DNA of 64,000 bases from positions 82,028,001 through 82,092,000 of the forward strand of contig CM052817.1 in NCBI GenBank assembly GCA_028534125.1. The letters are read 5' to 3'. The position numbers and the translations under genes were made by a program. Under the pieces are notes generated by a model, which was given only the letters and a program-made list of their open reading frames with translations, did not search any database and had not been told where the DNA came from. The DNA is from Lama glama. Lineage: Eukaryota. Positions 49,543-62,480 of this stretch are shown piece by piece (within the stretch, counting starts at the first letter, position 1; each line of letters starts with the position of its first letter).

Positions 49543-49675
49543 TTTGTTGTTGTTGAGATGTAGTTGACGTACAATATTGTATAGGTTTCGGCTGTGCAAC
49601 GCGGTGATTCACAATTTTTGAATGTTATACTCCATTTATAGTTATTGTAGGATGTCGGTTGGCTATACTCCCCCC
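49543..49675 (-). mobile_element. L1 3' end fragment with A-to-G biased divergence on the + strand
   Basis: 49554-49608 aligns without gaps to 5843-5897 (42 of 55 identical); continues into TTATACTCCATTTATAGTTATT. Confidence 0.85.
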
Positions 49676-49679
49676 ACAA

Positions 49680-50230
49680 AAAAACTATGACAGAAATGAG
49701 AAGAACAGTTAATCTGGGGTAGATTAATGGAAAAGAAGTACAAAGAGCCTGCTTAGATACCGGAAGTGTTTGTATCTTGATCTGGATTGTGTTTAAATGA
49801 TAAATTCTTGTATAAAATTCACCAATCTGTATATTTAAGATTTGTGCACCTTATTATAAGTTATACTTTGGTTAAAAACAGTAATAATAATTTAAAAAAT
49901 CTGCCAAAACCTTTATGAGATGTTGGAGGAAATTAGAACATACACAGGGTATTTAATGGTCTTAATGAATAACCAATAATCACTGAGATGTATTAAGAGT
50001 ATTTGTGGTTTTGTATAAAGTATCCACATCTTTTAGAGATGCATATTGAAGTGCTTACTGATGAAAAGATATAATCCCTGAGATCCATTTAAAATAAACC
50101 AAGGGTGTTGGTATAACTCAAAGAAGATTGGTTATATTTGATAATTGTTGAATCTGGATGGTAAGCACATTGGATTAATAATATAATTCTTTTTACTTAT
50201 GTCTATACACATTTTCAGTAATAAAAGTTT
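49680..50230 (+). mobile_element. Ancient L1 (L1ME/MC-like) 3' UTR fragments
   Basis: TATCTTGATCTGG...TAAAATTCA.CAA.CTGTA.A.TTAAGATTTGTGCAC; TTAGAGAT.CATA.TGAAGT..TTAC.GATGAAA; TTGATAATTGTTGAA.CTGG.TG. Confidence 0.75.
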
Positions 50231-53200
50231 GTTTTTTAAGGAACTGTTTAGTTCAGATTTCCATGCTCAGAATAATAACGTCTGGGCTTTTTCCCAGAAT
50301 GGATTGGTGCAGTCCCTCCACCCTCCAAGCTGTGCCTCTCTCGTTAACGGTGGTAACAGTTGTCGTTCATGGGCTCAGCAATCACCGGGCTCTGATATTA
50401 ATGTTATATATATATGATAGAGAGATAAAGTTTAAATAAATGAATTAAATTCCTGTCTATCTCTTTCTCATCAGCTAAAAAAAAAAAGTCAACCTTTACT
50501 TTTTAAGAAAAATTTCTGAACCTTATGAGGGTTGAAACAATGGGATTGGGAGCACTGAAAGCATCCAGAAACTATTTGATTGATTTAATTGTTAAAGGTC
50601 AGAGCTTATCCCCGGAAAAGATTGGAAAGGGTGAGAGAGAAGGGTAGGGAAAACTAGAGCCAGCAGCAGCCAGTGGACTGGAGGCAGAGAATTGTAGAGT
50701 CTGAAGAGAAGACAGGACTTGGGGCCAACCAACCTGCCGGGTTATGTGAGAGGCACTGGGGAATATCTTTCGAAAATAATTTAGTCCTATGTTGTGAATG
50801 AAACCTCTCTCTAGCTTTGTTTTGCCCTGCAGTAGATTTTAAAATCTGTTTTAGAAAAAGAAAAAAAAGTGTTGATTAGCTACCTAATGTATTTATTGCT
50901 TTACATTTCCAAGCAAGTATATTAACATCTCAGAAGTCCTGATACAAAATAACACTCAGTTTTTTTAAACCAGAAATTCCAGAATTATTTGGCCACCACT
51001 CCCTGCACACACATACTCACTTTTTGGCCCCTATATCATCTTCTAAGTCTAGCTTTTGGAACACTGTTTGGAAGTGTTTGCTCAGATTTACAATCCAATT
51101 CATGTGAGCTTTGGTTCAAAAACCTCCTTCAGCTTTCTGCCAGGACTCTGCCTGCCCTTCCCCTCCTGATCTGCAGCTCAGCCTGTGACTGTCCAAGTTC
51201 TGCTTATAAAGCAATCTTTTCTCTGATATTTTTAACAGTCATATTGTCTAATATCTTATCTTACTTCTGTATTTTTATTTTGTATCAGTACCTATTCCAA
51301 TTAAATTATCTTTCTGGAAAGTTCCAATTCTGAAATCCTATGTATTATTGATTTTGTGGAAAAGTGTTTCTTCACGGGAGAAAAATGACGCTGGAGGAGA
51401 AAGCTCCCTGGGAATATTTCTAAGGGAGAACTGAAAATCTTAAAACTTTCCTTTTATAGAATAAAAAATATGCTACTACTAAATAGATTTATAACTCAAG
51501 TAATTGTGGGCGTGCCCTACCCTAGATCACCTTCGGAAATTATTTTTTAAATAGCACTAAGAAAGCTCTTACTATGTCATTCAAGAAGCTGGAATAACAC
51601 TTTGGGGACTTGATGGCCTCAGCTCAAACACACAGATGCCTTGGTCACAAACAATATTTGGTGTTGACGATCCACGGTCCCAGGAAAGACGCTAACCCTT
51701 TCATAGTTTCAGGGTGATTGCTGTTTGGCAAGCTGAACTGACCTGAGTATTTCAATTAGGTCTTTTTTTCACAAGACTCCAGGGAAAGATTTAATAATAG
51801 GAAAAATATAGAGAGTGAACATATTTGATTAAGTTGGAAAAGGCCAGCAAACTGCCTCTAAAGAATTCCTTAACACAAAAAAAAGAAGAAAAACATTTTA
51901 GTACCACAGAATTGACCCATTCATTTAGACTGTATTTGCTGCCTTGTATTAGTATTTATATTTTTATACATGATTTTGCACTTTCCTAACTAAACTGTAA
52001 TAGCCTGAGAACAGGAACTATATTGATATGGCTTTGCATCCACCAAATTGTCCAAAGCAGGTGTGCAGTAACCTTGGAAACACACAGTTAATGACTGGAA
52101 GTTCAGGAAGATGAGTTTCAAAAGTTAAGAGAAATCAACTGTGTACCTAATGTCCACGGAATAATAAGACAGATATTAGGCAAAAGGTGCACTAAGAAGA
52201 ATATGATTAAGAGCCTAAAAGACAGGAAAGTGACTGAAAAGCATTAAAAGAGAGACTTTGGGTTTGAACAAAAGAGGAACAATATGGTAACATCAATAAA
52301 AGTAGTTTAACTAGAGCTTGGGAAATACAAAATACATGTTCATGTTTGAGATGAGGGTGATACGATAGGGAGAAAATAGATGATTATTCAAAAATATCAG
52401 AAAAAAGATAAAAACACAATAAGGAACAAAAAAATGAGATTACTGAATAGGCCATTGAGATATTGAATATGTCCGAACCTGAATACTTGGTGCCATTTAG
52501 AATAAAAGAAGAAAGAAACTTATGAGAAGAATCTGAAGTTATACAAGAACACTTTTGATCACTGGAGATAATAATAAATGAATATAAAATAATGATAAAA
52601 TTCATAATGTCTTGAAGTTTAAATTCAGTGGTAGATGGTCTGTCTTTCTCTGAGACTTTAAAAGGAGAAACATGTAGTTATTAATTGAAATAGAAATTTG
52701 AGTTTCTTGGTCATTACAACAAACTTCAATCTAAAAATAGCATTGACAATCACATTGCATTTTGAGGTAATCAAAACCAGCCATTCCCACAAAATTCCTT
52801 CTCCATTATCCCATTATATAATTGAATTTTTCCTTAACTTAGCTTGAAATTCTTAACATTAGAGTCATCTCTTCAAATTAGACAAGAAAAATAGAGCAAT
52901 ATTTTTGAAGGCATAATTTACAAAGCATAAAATTTACAAGGGTACAATGCTGTTTCTGAATTTCCTCCAAATGTATTTATGCAAGACATCATTTATTTTA
53001 TTTGCCAATATCTAGATATTAAACTCTTCTTTTTCCATAAATAACTTATTTTGACTAAAGTGGATGTTGAAATCCAGAATGAAAATAGAATGGGAAAAGA
53101 TGAGAACTGAGCTATTGATAGATTAATCTTAGTTAAACTGGAGATACCATTAGAACTGAATAGAAGGCTTAGAATAGGGAGGCGATCTGTGAGGAAATAA

Positions 53201-54440
53201 AAAACAACTGAATATAAGATTATGGCACGAATAGAAGGAGTCCATATTGGATTTAGCAAAAATTATACTGACAGTCTTTTATATATCAACAGTTTAATTT
53301 TTCACTGATATGGCAGTCTACTTCCTGGGAATGATGGTGGGAGAACATTTTCCTAGCCATCGAACAGGAGAACTTTGGTGACACCACATTTCTGCACTCA
53401 ATCTGAAGGAAATGTCCAACCGCCCTTCTCTCTTCTAGAATGACATATTTGTGCCTGGACAGGGCTAGCAATTCTGTAAGGAATTTTAGGAATGAATGTG
53501 AGAGGATAGAAAAGGAAGAAAATAAAATAATGATTTTGGAAAATACACAAAATTCCATATTCTAGTATCATTTATATTTTTAATACTTATATTAGAAATC
53601 TCTTCTTACACAATATTTTTTTTTAAGAAGTAACTTACTGTGCTCACTACCTGAGCTATTAAAAAGAACTTTGATTAGTTGTTTCTCTATTATAAATTAA
53701 TGAAATCATGAATATTTCCCATTAAAATGCAACATTTTGGAGAGACATTTGCTGGATACATTGATTGATTAGTCTTTGGATAATTTTACGGAATTAGTCC
53801 TTGAATATTTTACAGCAGTCAGAATAAAGGAATTTAATTACTCAGAAGTTTGTTTCTTATAATTAAATACAGGACATTCGAAAAAGATTAATAAATATTA
53901 ACAATTTTGAATTTTTATTTTTCATTGCCAAGATTTAAAACTCTGTTCTTAAAACAAATTATTAGCATTGGATGTTAATTAACTATAACCCTTAGAATAT
54001 TAAGAAAACTATTATCAGTAAGCAGCTCATTTTAAATAATTATTGCAAAAAGATAAAGTATTTAGCTATAACGTGGTATTTGCCAAACTTTAAATTATAT
54101 TATATACAGGCACATGTCTTTTAAAAATTCTAATATGTAGTACTTGCATTTGAAATGTATCACTTGATCTGAAGATTAACATTTCATCCAACTTTAGTGA
54201 AACAGAGACTTGGAAAACAGACGTGAATGTAGCAGCAGGTTGCTTGTTTTCCTCTGCTCTGTCTTCTAGATTCACTGTGGGCTGTAGGCTCAGGCCCAGC
54301 CCCATTATCTTCCACCCCATCAACTGCACCTCTTCCCACAGCCCTGGTACAATGGGGCAACATCTTTAGTTTAAATCCACTCTTGGTATGCTGTCCTGGG
54401 TGTTCAACTAGCCAGTGGATACCTCAGTTTTTTAAATGAC

Positions 54441-54466
54441 CACACACACACACACACACACACACA
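54441..54466. repeat. (CA)13 microsatellite
   Basis: Seen directly. Confidence 0.97.
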
Positions 54467-55404
54467 AAGTCTAAAATTCAACTGATTATCTCCCTCCTGG
54501 CAACACAAATAAGTCTTGCCATGGCTTAAACTTCAACAATAACAACAAAAATCCAATAAATATTTATAAAGTGTTGCTACTTTGGTGCAATTACTTTGGA
54601 AACAACACTTTTCCTTAGTGCCCAGTTGTAGGACTTCCTGTGCAAAGAAGGGCACAGAACCATGGCCTGGCAGGAGCTGGGAAGGAAATGCAAGCCTGCT
54701 CCCCAGGGGCTGACGCTGCTTTGGCTGGTCTACCTGGGGGAAAGGAAGGAGCACCACAGTATTCAGGAAAATATTACAACCACAATTTTATATTTATTTA
54801 ACAGAATGGCAACCAAATATATAAAAAGTTGTAAAGGCACTGTTTCCATGGTAAGAAAAAAAATGTATATAAATAATTTCTCCATGGAAGGAGATTCTAA
54901 ATAAGCAGCTCAAAATTAACAAATACTGTGTTTCTATTTTCATAGTGTTTCATGTCAGTAAAGTCTCAGGCTGTCACGATTGGGGATTACCTACTTTTAA
55001 AATTGTAATTTAACAGCAAAGAAATGCCTTTTGTGGGTTCTTGGTTTTAGGAAGAGATCTTATAACCAGTCCTTCTCCAGAAACACCCTCAGGTCCAGAG
55101 CCATGTAAATGTTCTAACAGAGTTTCCTTTCAAAAACAGAGATACAAGTACTTACAGCTTATTCCAAACATAGACACACAGATAACTAATGTAACTGCAT
55201 ATTTTTATCTGATTTGAGGGGGTGTTTTTTCTCCAATGAAGAAGATATAAAAACATGAATTAGTTTTTAAGAAAACTCAAAATAATTGATTTTCTTGAAT
55301 TAAAAATCCATATTTTATCTTGCAAATAAACACAAACTCTGCAACCTAATTTCCTAATATTTTCCTTGTCAATCTCATCATGAAATCATTCAAGAACTTG
55401 AAGG

Positions 55405-55564
55405 TCTTTTTATTCAAAGTGCAGAAATGCTGGCAGTGAGAGTCATCTGCGAGCTTATCACAAATGCAGAATCTCAGGTGCCAACTCAGGGACCCTGAAG
55501 TACAATTTGCATTTTAACAAGTTCCTCTGGAGATCCAAATGAACATTAAGCATGAGAGGGCATG
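55405..55564. mobile_element. MER5A-like hAT-Charlie fossil
   Basis: TCAAAGTG...CATC.TG.GAGCTT...AAATGCAGAATCTCAGG...TGCATTTTAACAAG.TCC.C.GG.GAT.C. Confidence 0.8.
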
Positions 55565-57168
55565 ATGTAGTGGTAGCAGCAAGAAGAAATCTCATTGGGG
55601 TAATTAAAAAATCTGATTAGGGAAGTGAATTTTTAAACAAAATTGCTGGATGTAAGTCATTTCTTGGAGATACAGCATTTAATTTTGGCTTAAGTCTTAT
55701 AACCTAACTGCCTTCTCAACTTGGCTATACTACCCAGCTGGTAAAATGTTTCCTATATTAATTGGCTTTCTTTTTTTCTTTCAATATATGAGATTGGAAA
55801 ACCACAAATTATCTTTCAAGCATTTCTATACCATATTGTGCTGAAGTATTATGAGATAATAATTGTAAAGGATATCCAGAATCTTAGATGAGCATGGTTT
55901 CCAATTTATTGTTTGTTAGCCTTAATTAGGTAAGACAGTCGCACCACTAGATCGTTGTGGAAGGACACTAACTGGGAGATACGTGGGTTATCATCTCCTT
56001 TATATTTTTATTATGCTCACTGTGACCCTGGCCCTGCAGCCTCCACTCTGATGAACAGACACAATTCCTCCAAATGATGAAATATTATTATCGTCCTTTG
56101 TTAATACATTTTTCTAGTCTCAGAAGTGGAGCTATGTATACATGGGCGGGAGACCAAATAAATATTCACCTCAAACTCATTCCTAACCTCAAATGCACAG
56201 AACTGCAATGTAGTGTAATTTCCCACTCTTTGATCAGTTCTGTGTAATCCCAAGAAAAAACTGCTTTCTCAGCTTTGGATATCCTGACTTGAAAATCTCC
56301 TTCAGTCTCTTGCCAGTTCTAAACTGGAATACGCTTGAGTGTGAGTGACACAAGTGATAGGTGACTAATCTCTGCCACCCATCATTTTGAAGGTAGCAAA
56401 ATGAACTCACTTTCTCTCTGTCAGTGGATATGGAAAGAATGAGAGAGAGAGTCATATAAATATGCATTATTTCACTATATAGTTTGTTAATTATGCTCAC
56501 CTCTATTTTCTATTTGTAAAGATATTCGATAGCCATTTCGGTTAAGAGTAGTCCCAGTTTTCATTAGTGAGTTTTGCAGCTGCTTGGAGTTCCTGGCAGG
56601 CAACACCGTTTAAGGCTGTGTAAGTCTAAAATGTTTTCCCTAATGTTTGAGTTCATATTGAAAACAGACACACACTCTTGAATGTTTAAAGCAGAATTGT
56701 TTCTAGCCAAAATTTCAGTGTCAACACAAAATACTGCAGAAGAAATTACATTTTAGGTTTTTCTTTCTTTTTTTTTTTTGAGGATTTCAAAAATCAAGTG
56801 AAAAACAGAGGAAGAAAGAGATGGAGGAAAAAGAAGAAAAGAAAGAAAAGAAAATTCATTACATATTTTAATCCAAGCTTCATAGATTAATTTTAAGGAA
56901 ATAATAAAAATCTATTAAGTTTTCCCAAGGAGGTTAATAGAAATCTAACATTTAAAGAGACTTGCTTCTAAGAATGTGAAATGAACAAAACTTCTACAGA
57001 GACAAGTTAATCCTTAAGTATCATAATTCACTCTCTAGTTTCTAAGTGATTAATAGAAGAATATAATTTCAATGATTTTCTTCACAGAAAAATCAGAGTG
57101 GACTAACTATCAAGAACAGTAGAAGAAATTGATCTTAAAACTACCTCGCTACTGCTTGGGTCATTGTA

Positions 57169-57398
57169 GAACTGATCCTTAAACAATGCCAGGGTTAGAG
57201 AGGTGCTGACCCTCTGTGCAGTAGAAAACATAAGTAATTTATAGTTGGCCCTCCATTCATATTGTTCTTTTGTAACAATGGTTTCACATCTTTGGATTCA
57301 ACCAATGGTGAATACAGTACTGCAGTGTTTATTATAAAAAAATCTGTGTATAAGTGGAGCCCTACAATTCAAAGCTGTTTTGTTAAAAAAATCAACTG
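57169..57398. mobile_element. MER8-like TcMar-Tigger fossil with TA target duplication
   Basis: TA at 57167-57168 and 57399-57400; degenerate TIRs GAACTGATCCTTAAACAA / TTGTTAAAAAAATCAACTG; TGGATTCAACCAA and AAAAATCTGTGTATAAGTGGA. Confidence 0.85.
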
Positions 57399-57879
57399 TA
57401 TACAACTAAATTATCATGAAAACCTTTTAGTGCTTAAGACTAATTTTAAGATGATAACAGTAATTTTTTCCAGTTGAAGTTATATTCATATACATCATGC
57501 CTCTTAATAAAATTACGTTGGACTCATTCACTAATTGTTTAAAGGTATGGAAGTGAATATTCATAAAAGAACAGAAAACAGGCAAATTTTTCACAAAATG
57601 GAAAAAAGTCTTATTGAAGACAAATTCAATTTCTAAAAATTATATATTTAAAATTTGCTTGCACCATTCTCAAAAAGATTTGCACTGTAAAGTCTGTTAA
57701 TAAGATATTTCATAATAAAATGATTCCTTTTAAAGAATGTTAGTAATATTCCAAATCATGTAGTAAGAATGTCTCTCCTTAGTAACAGAAGATATAGAGT
57801 CTTGTTTATATAAGCAGTTGGCTTTTGGAAACCACAGTTAATCTTTCCTACTGTTTTGAAAAATTTATCTTTTCAATTC

Positions 57880-58028
57880 TTATTTTTTAATTTCTTAAAA
57901 AAATTTTTTTTGGCCAGGGGGAAGTAATTAGGTTTATTTATTTATTCTTTAATGGAGGGATTGAGAATGAACCCAAGACCTTGCTGCATGCTAAGCATGC
58001 GCTCTACCACTGAGCTAGACCTCCTCCC
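57880..58028 (-). mobile_element. tRNA-Ala-derived SINE, camelid Vic-1 type
   Basis: Minus strand reads TAGCTCAGTGGTAGAGCGCATGCTTAGCATGC...GGGTTCATTC...CTCCA then AATAAATAAATAAACCTAATTAC.TCCCCC tail; possible TSD TACTGTTTT (57849-57857, 58032-58040). Confidence 0.9.
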
Positions 58029-58454
58029 TAATACTGTTTTAATAGAATAATGCAGTAGTCAACTTAGAATAAACATTTTTTCTTCTTTTTAAATATAAAG
58101 CAATAATTTATTTGTTATGAAAATGTAATGAATATGAACAGACAAGGCAAATAAAGAACTGAGATGATACAAGTGATATGCAGTTAAGACTATGGATGTA
58201 GCCAAACATATTTGATGAGTGTAAAAATGATAAAAGATATTTGACTGTTACTGGAGAGTAATGGTCACATGCATATTTGGATTACAGGACTTAAATATAT
58301 GGAAGTTGGACAGGGAAAGAGAAGCTGATCAGTAATAAACTATAAAGCTAGGATCATTGAAAATGCCCCTCCCCCCAGTAAAAGGGGAGCAAGAAAATAT
58401 CTACCTGTTGCCAAAATGAGACCAAAAGAAGCCCCATTTCTGAGTGGTACACTT

Positions 58455-58484
58455 GTCATCATCATCATCATCATCTATCATCAT
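58455..58484. repeat. Imperfect (CAT)n microsatellite
   Basis: Seen directly. Confidence 0.9.
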
Positions 58485-58729
58485 GTTCCAAATTTTGTCA
58501 CCCTAGGTCTGCTCCCAGATAGACCAGGAACTCTAATTTATATTATCCCCACTATATCACTCCTTTTGGGGAAACCCAACCAAGAAATAATATTGAATGT
58601 TTCTAGGTATGCAATGTTCCTTGATGCTAGGAAGAAACAAACCTAAAATTTGCCTGAGGAAAGCATGCCCAACTGTGGCCCCTTGGGATTGTCACATGTT
58701 AAGTTCTCAATGGTTAAAATTTAATTCAA

Positions 58730-60480
58730 TTATATATGAACAGAAAAATATTATACATAAAAGAAAAAATAATAGGCCACTATAAGAGACAGTCAACAGA
58801 AAAAGAAGATACTTACTTAAACCATCCTTAGGAGAAAATGGAATTATGAGATACAGAATATAAGGTAGATCTATACAAAGCAATTTAAAGACATAAAATA
58901 TGAAGTCAATAGCACTGTAAAGAGACAACCAAAATGATCGGGGGCAATAGAAAATTAGTCAAAAAGAGCTTCTAGGGAAAAAAACATCTTACAAAGAATG
59001 GGATAAAGGATGAATGATATACAGTTAAAGAAAGAATCAATAACCTTGATTTTAAAGCTGAAAGAATTCCCCAATATTCAGCATAGAAAGCTAAAGAAAC
59101 AGAAAACATAGAAGAGGTGTTGAGACACGGAATATAGAATGACAAGGTCTACTGAAATGTGCTCTAATAACTATATATATGGTCTTCATCCTTGGTTCCT
59201 GGCATGGAGCACCTAAAATCTTTGTAATTTCCTGGATGACAGGATCATCATTTGTTACAATATTTGGTTTCCGTCTCCAGTTCCTGACATAAGAACTTCT
59301 AAGACCTTTGAAACTGTTCAGTGATGAGTATCTTTTTGTATGCTAATGAAACTTCTGGTGGTTGGGACCCCTAGATAGCTTCAGATGGGGGCTAGTCCGG
59401 AAAGACTAACTATATGGTTCAAGGTTGGTGATCTCAGCCCTACACCTGACCTCCAGGGAGGGGAGAGGGGATGGAGATTGAGCTAATCACCAATAGCCAA
59501 TGATTTAGCCAATCATGCTTTAATGATGAAGCCTCCATAAAAACTCTAAACCACAGGGTTTGGAAAGTCTTTTGGTTAGAGAACACATCCACATGCTAGA
59601 AGGATGGCGAACCTCAACTCCAGGGGACAGAAGCCCCTGCACATGGGATGCTTTCAGGCCTCACCCTATGTACCTCTTTTATCTGGCTGTTCATCTGTAT
59701 CCTTTATAATATTCTTTATCATAACTCAGTAAGTTTAAATAAATGTTTCCCTGAATTTTGTGAGCCATTCTAACAAATTATTAAATGGGGGGTTGTAGGA
59801 AGCCCCAACTTTGTAGCCAAGATGGACAGAAGTGTAAGTTCTCTAGAGACCTATTTACTTGGAACTGGCACCTGAAAAGGGAGGCGGTCTTGTGGGACTG
59901 AGACATTAACCTGTGGGGTCTGTGCTAAGTCCAGGTGGTTAGTGTCTGAATTGAATTAAATTGCTGGGCACCCAGCTGGTATCTGCAGAGAACTGGAGAA
60001 TTGGTTGGTGTAGGAAAAACAGATCAAAACAAGCATTTGGTGTCAGAAGTGTTTTGAGTAAAGGAAATAGCTTTCTTTTACCTGCATAACTGTAGTTGGA
60101 GTTACAGAAAGAGAGAAGAGAGAGAATGACACCCAGACAATATTTGCAAAACTAATGGCTAAAAATTTTCCAAAATTAAAACCAAAAATTTGATCCCAGA
60201 GAAAATGCAACACAATCATCTGAAGAATAATAATTCAAAAGAAATCCACACCTAAGCTCATCAAACTGAAACTGCAGAATGTCAACAAAGATGTGAAGAG
60301 CAGCCTGGAAAAAAACAGGGCATCTCATCTGAAATAAATGAAGCACATGTTGCAGGAAGGTTTCTCACCAGTAACATCAAAACATAGAACTCCAGAACTC
60401 TGTGGAAATGTATACACCTGGACATTTGTATCACAGAAAAAATCATCTTTCAAGAGTAACTGCAAATGAAAAACTTTGTA
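58730..60480 (+). mobile_element. Ancient L1 ORF1 region interrupted by the MER21 LTR
   Basis: GAA.ATAGAATGA.AAGGTCTA (left) continues as TTGGAGTT.CAGAA.GAGAG.AGAGAGAGAATG...AATATTTG.AAA..TAATGGCT.AAAATTTTCCAAAATT (right); AAAGAAATCCACACCTA. Confidence 0.75.
59154..60086 (+). mobile_element. MER21-family solo LTR
   Basis: GTTCCTGGCA...CCTAAAA, CCCCTAGATAGCTTCAG.ATGGGGGCT, GACCTCCAGGGAGGGGAGAGGGG.TGGAGATTGAG, TGAAGCCTCCATAAAAACT, GTCTTGTGGGACTGAG, CATTTGGTGTCAGAAGTG; TG...CA. Confidence 0.9.
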
Positions 60481-60499
60481 CATTTGGGCATCATCCTTT

Positions 60500-61119
60500 A
60501 CAACACTCTATGTAAATCAACAGCTGTATATCTGTTACCCAAGAATCAAGAGGTGAAAATATGATTGATACTTCTCACCTTTATGCAAGCAACTTATCTG
60601 TTATCTATGGTTACCACCGGATAACTTTGGACTCCTCATGTTGGTGGACCAGAAAGCAAGGAACAAAGTTACTATAATGGCAGGAATATTCAATTCTGAT
60701 ATCTTAAGGAACAATGACTCCTGCTACATAAAGAAGGAACCAGAGCACATCATGTTTCATTGATTCCCAATGAAAACAATGAATGTGTAATTTCAGCAAC
60801 TGTGGTTTGATCAAGGGAAGGCAATCAAGCACTCAAACTTCTCTGGAATGAAAGACTAGGTCATCTCACAGTAATGAAACTTAGATTGCCATAAGTTTTG
60901 GCTAAGGAAGGGGATATCTAGAATGCATATTGGAGGACAGAAATTATGAATATCAATTATGGTCATGTAAATAGTTGCAGTTAAAGGAATAGAAGCATGT
61001 TGCACTAACCTTCATGTATTAGGATTTTGAAAAGATTACCAGCTACTACCATGAATACTCAGCAATAGCAAAGACTTAATTTAGGTCATAAATGGACTTG
61101 GTTGATGCAAAGGGTGTAC
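60500..61119 (+). mobile_element. ERVL-class internal 3' fragment with dUTPase remnant and polypurine tract
   Basis: 60605-60703 translates LWLPPDNFGLLMLVDQKARNKVTIMAGIFNSDI, resembling ERVL dUTPase (LPPGHFGLL...AKKGVT.LAGVID.DY); AAAGGGTGTAC directly precedes the LTR. Confidence 0.75.
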
Positions 61120-61621
61120 TGCACCTCAGATTTCAGTTATGGCCATGGTGGATAGTTCTGTATGTAGACTGATACTCTTCTTGCCAAAACTGGCCCACTT
61201 AAAGAATGTGCTACATGGCTTCATCTTCTGCCTGGGTCCCCTGCAATGTCATGGCCATTAATGGAAACATGTTAGACTGTGTAGGAATCACTGAAAAATC
61301 GGGTGAGTTAATACTCCTGTAGGCAATCCTTGGTTAAAGGACAGGAGAGCTGATGTGTGGTCCCACCTTGCATCCTTTAGGCAGCTACTTCGCACAGGCA
61401 TTTTGTATGGTTCCCAGGGTTTTTGGGAGATCATAGCAGAAATGTGCCCCTATAACCCACCGTGGTGATTTGGATAACTTACACTTACATTGATATTTCT
61501 GCTATTCCTGTATTCGTCTCCCTGCTTCTTCATCTCTGCTGTTTGGGCTGACATCCAAAATAAACTATCTGAATAAATACTTTACCTCAGCTTATACTTA
61601 GTAAAAAATTAAGCTAAGAAA
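61120..61621 (+). mobile_element. LTR16-like ERVL 3' LTR
   Basis: Starts TG after the PPT; ends CAAAATAAACTA..TG...AAAT.CTT..CTCAG...AA.CTAAGA.A as in the LTR16 family. Confidence 0.7.
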
Positions 61622-61624
61622 ACT

Positions 61625-62480
61625 AATAAACTAAAAATGCCTATAGTTTAATATGAAAGTGTTTTAAAACTAATGAGAAAATACATGAATTAATTTATAA
61701 CACTAAATTTGGAAACTTATATAAGACATACACTCTTAAAAAAACTGAAACAAGAAGTTAGCCTCCTGATGTTTTATACTTAGAAAAGGATTGATTGAAT
61801 TATTCATTTAAAATTCTTCCATGAGAGGGAAAACAAAAGCAAAACAGAAATAGCCTGTCTGGGTCTGTCAAAATATTAAGAATACTTTTGAAGAGCCTGT
61901 CAAAATATTAAGAAAGAAGTAGAAAGAAAACAAAGAAATAATATATTTTTCAAATTTGTTAAACAAGTTGGTAAAACCCTGACATCAAAACCATACCAAA
62001 TTCTCTTAAACCATGTTCTTTTCATCAAGTACTTTGATTACTAATGTAACTTTCCATACCAGCATATTAAAGAAGAAAAAAATCATGTGTTTATTTCAGT
62101 AGACTCAGCAAAAGCATGAATAAATTTCAACACCTATTCATCATAAAGAGTTAATAGAAAACTACAAATAAAAAAGAAACTTCTTGAACTTATAAAGGAT
62201 AATTACTGAAAACCTAAAGCAAATATAATACCCAACTGAATTGATGAAACATTTAAATCATTGTCTTTAAGGTCAGAAATATGTGTCCCTACTACCCCCA
62301 ATTTTATTCAACATAACACTTTAGGTTTCAGCTAGCATAGTAATAGGAACAAAAAAGATACAATATAAGAGAGTATAGATAAAGAAACAAGTTAATATTT
62401 AAAATTGATGCAATTATATTTAGAAAGCCAAAATAGCCACAAAAAAGTTATCAGATTTAATATTATATTTTAGCCAGTGT
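61625..62480 (+). mobile_element. Ancient L1 ORF2 fragment (RT region)
   Basis: AAATTTGGAAACTTA, AAACCCTGA.A.CAAAACCA, ATTTCAGTAGA..CAG.AAAAGCAT..ATAAA.TTCAACAC..ATTCAT, AAAACCTA.AGCAAA.AT.ATAC, TATTCAACAT. Confidence 0.8.

Noticed and set aside
55938..55958. CTCF-like CACCACTAGATCG
   Set aside because: The core GGC positions mismatch.
56234..56500. 88-aa minus-strand ORF with acceptor-like site
   Set aside because: No recognisable product and no convincing donor in frame.
57953..58028. tRNA-Ala gene
   Set aside because: Degenerate B box and stems plus a SINE tail show it is a SINE head.
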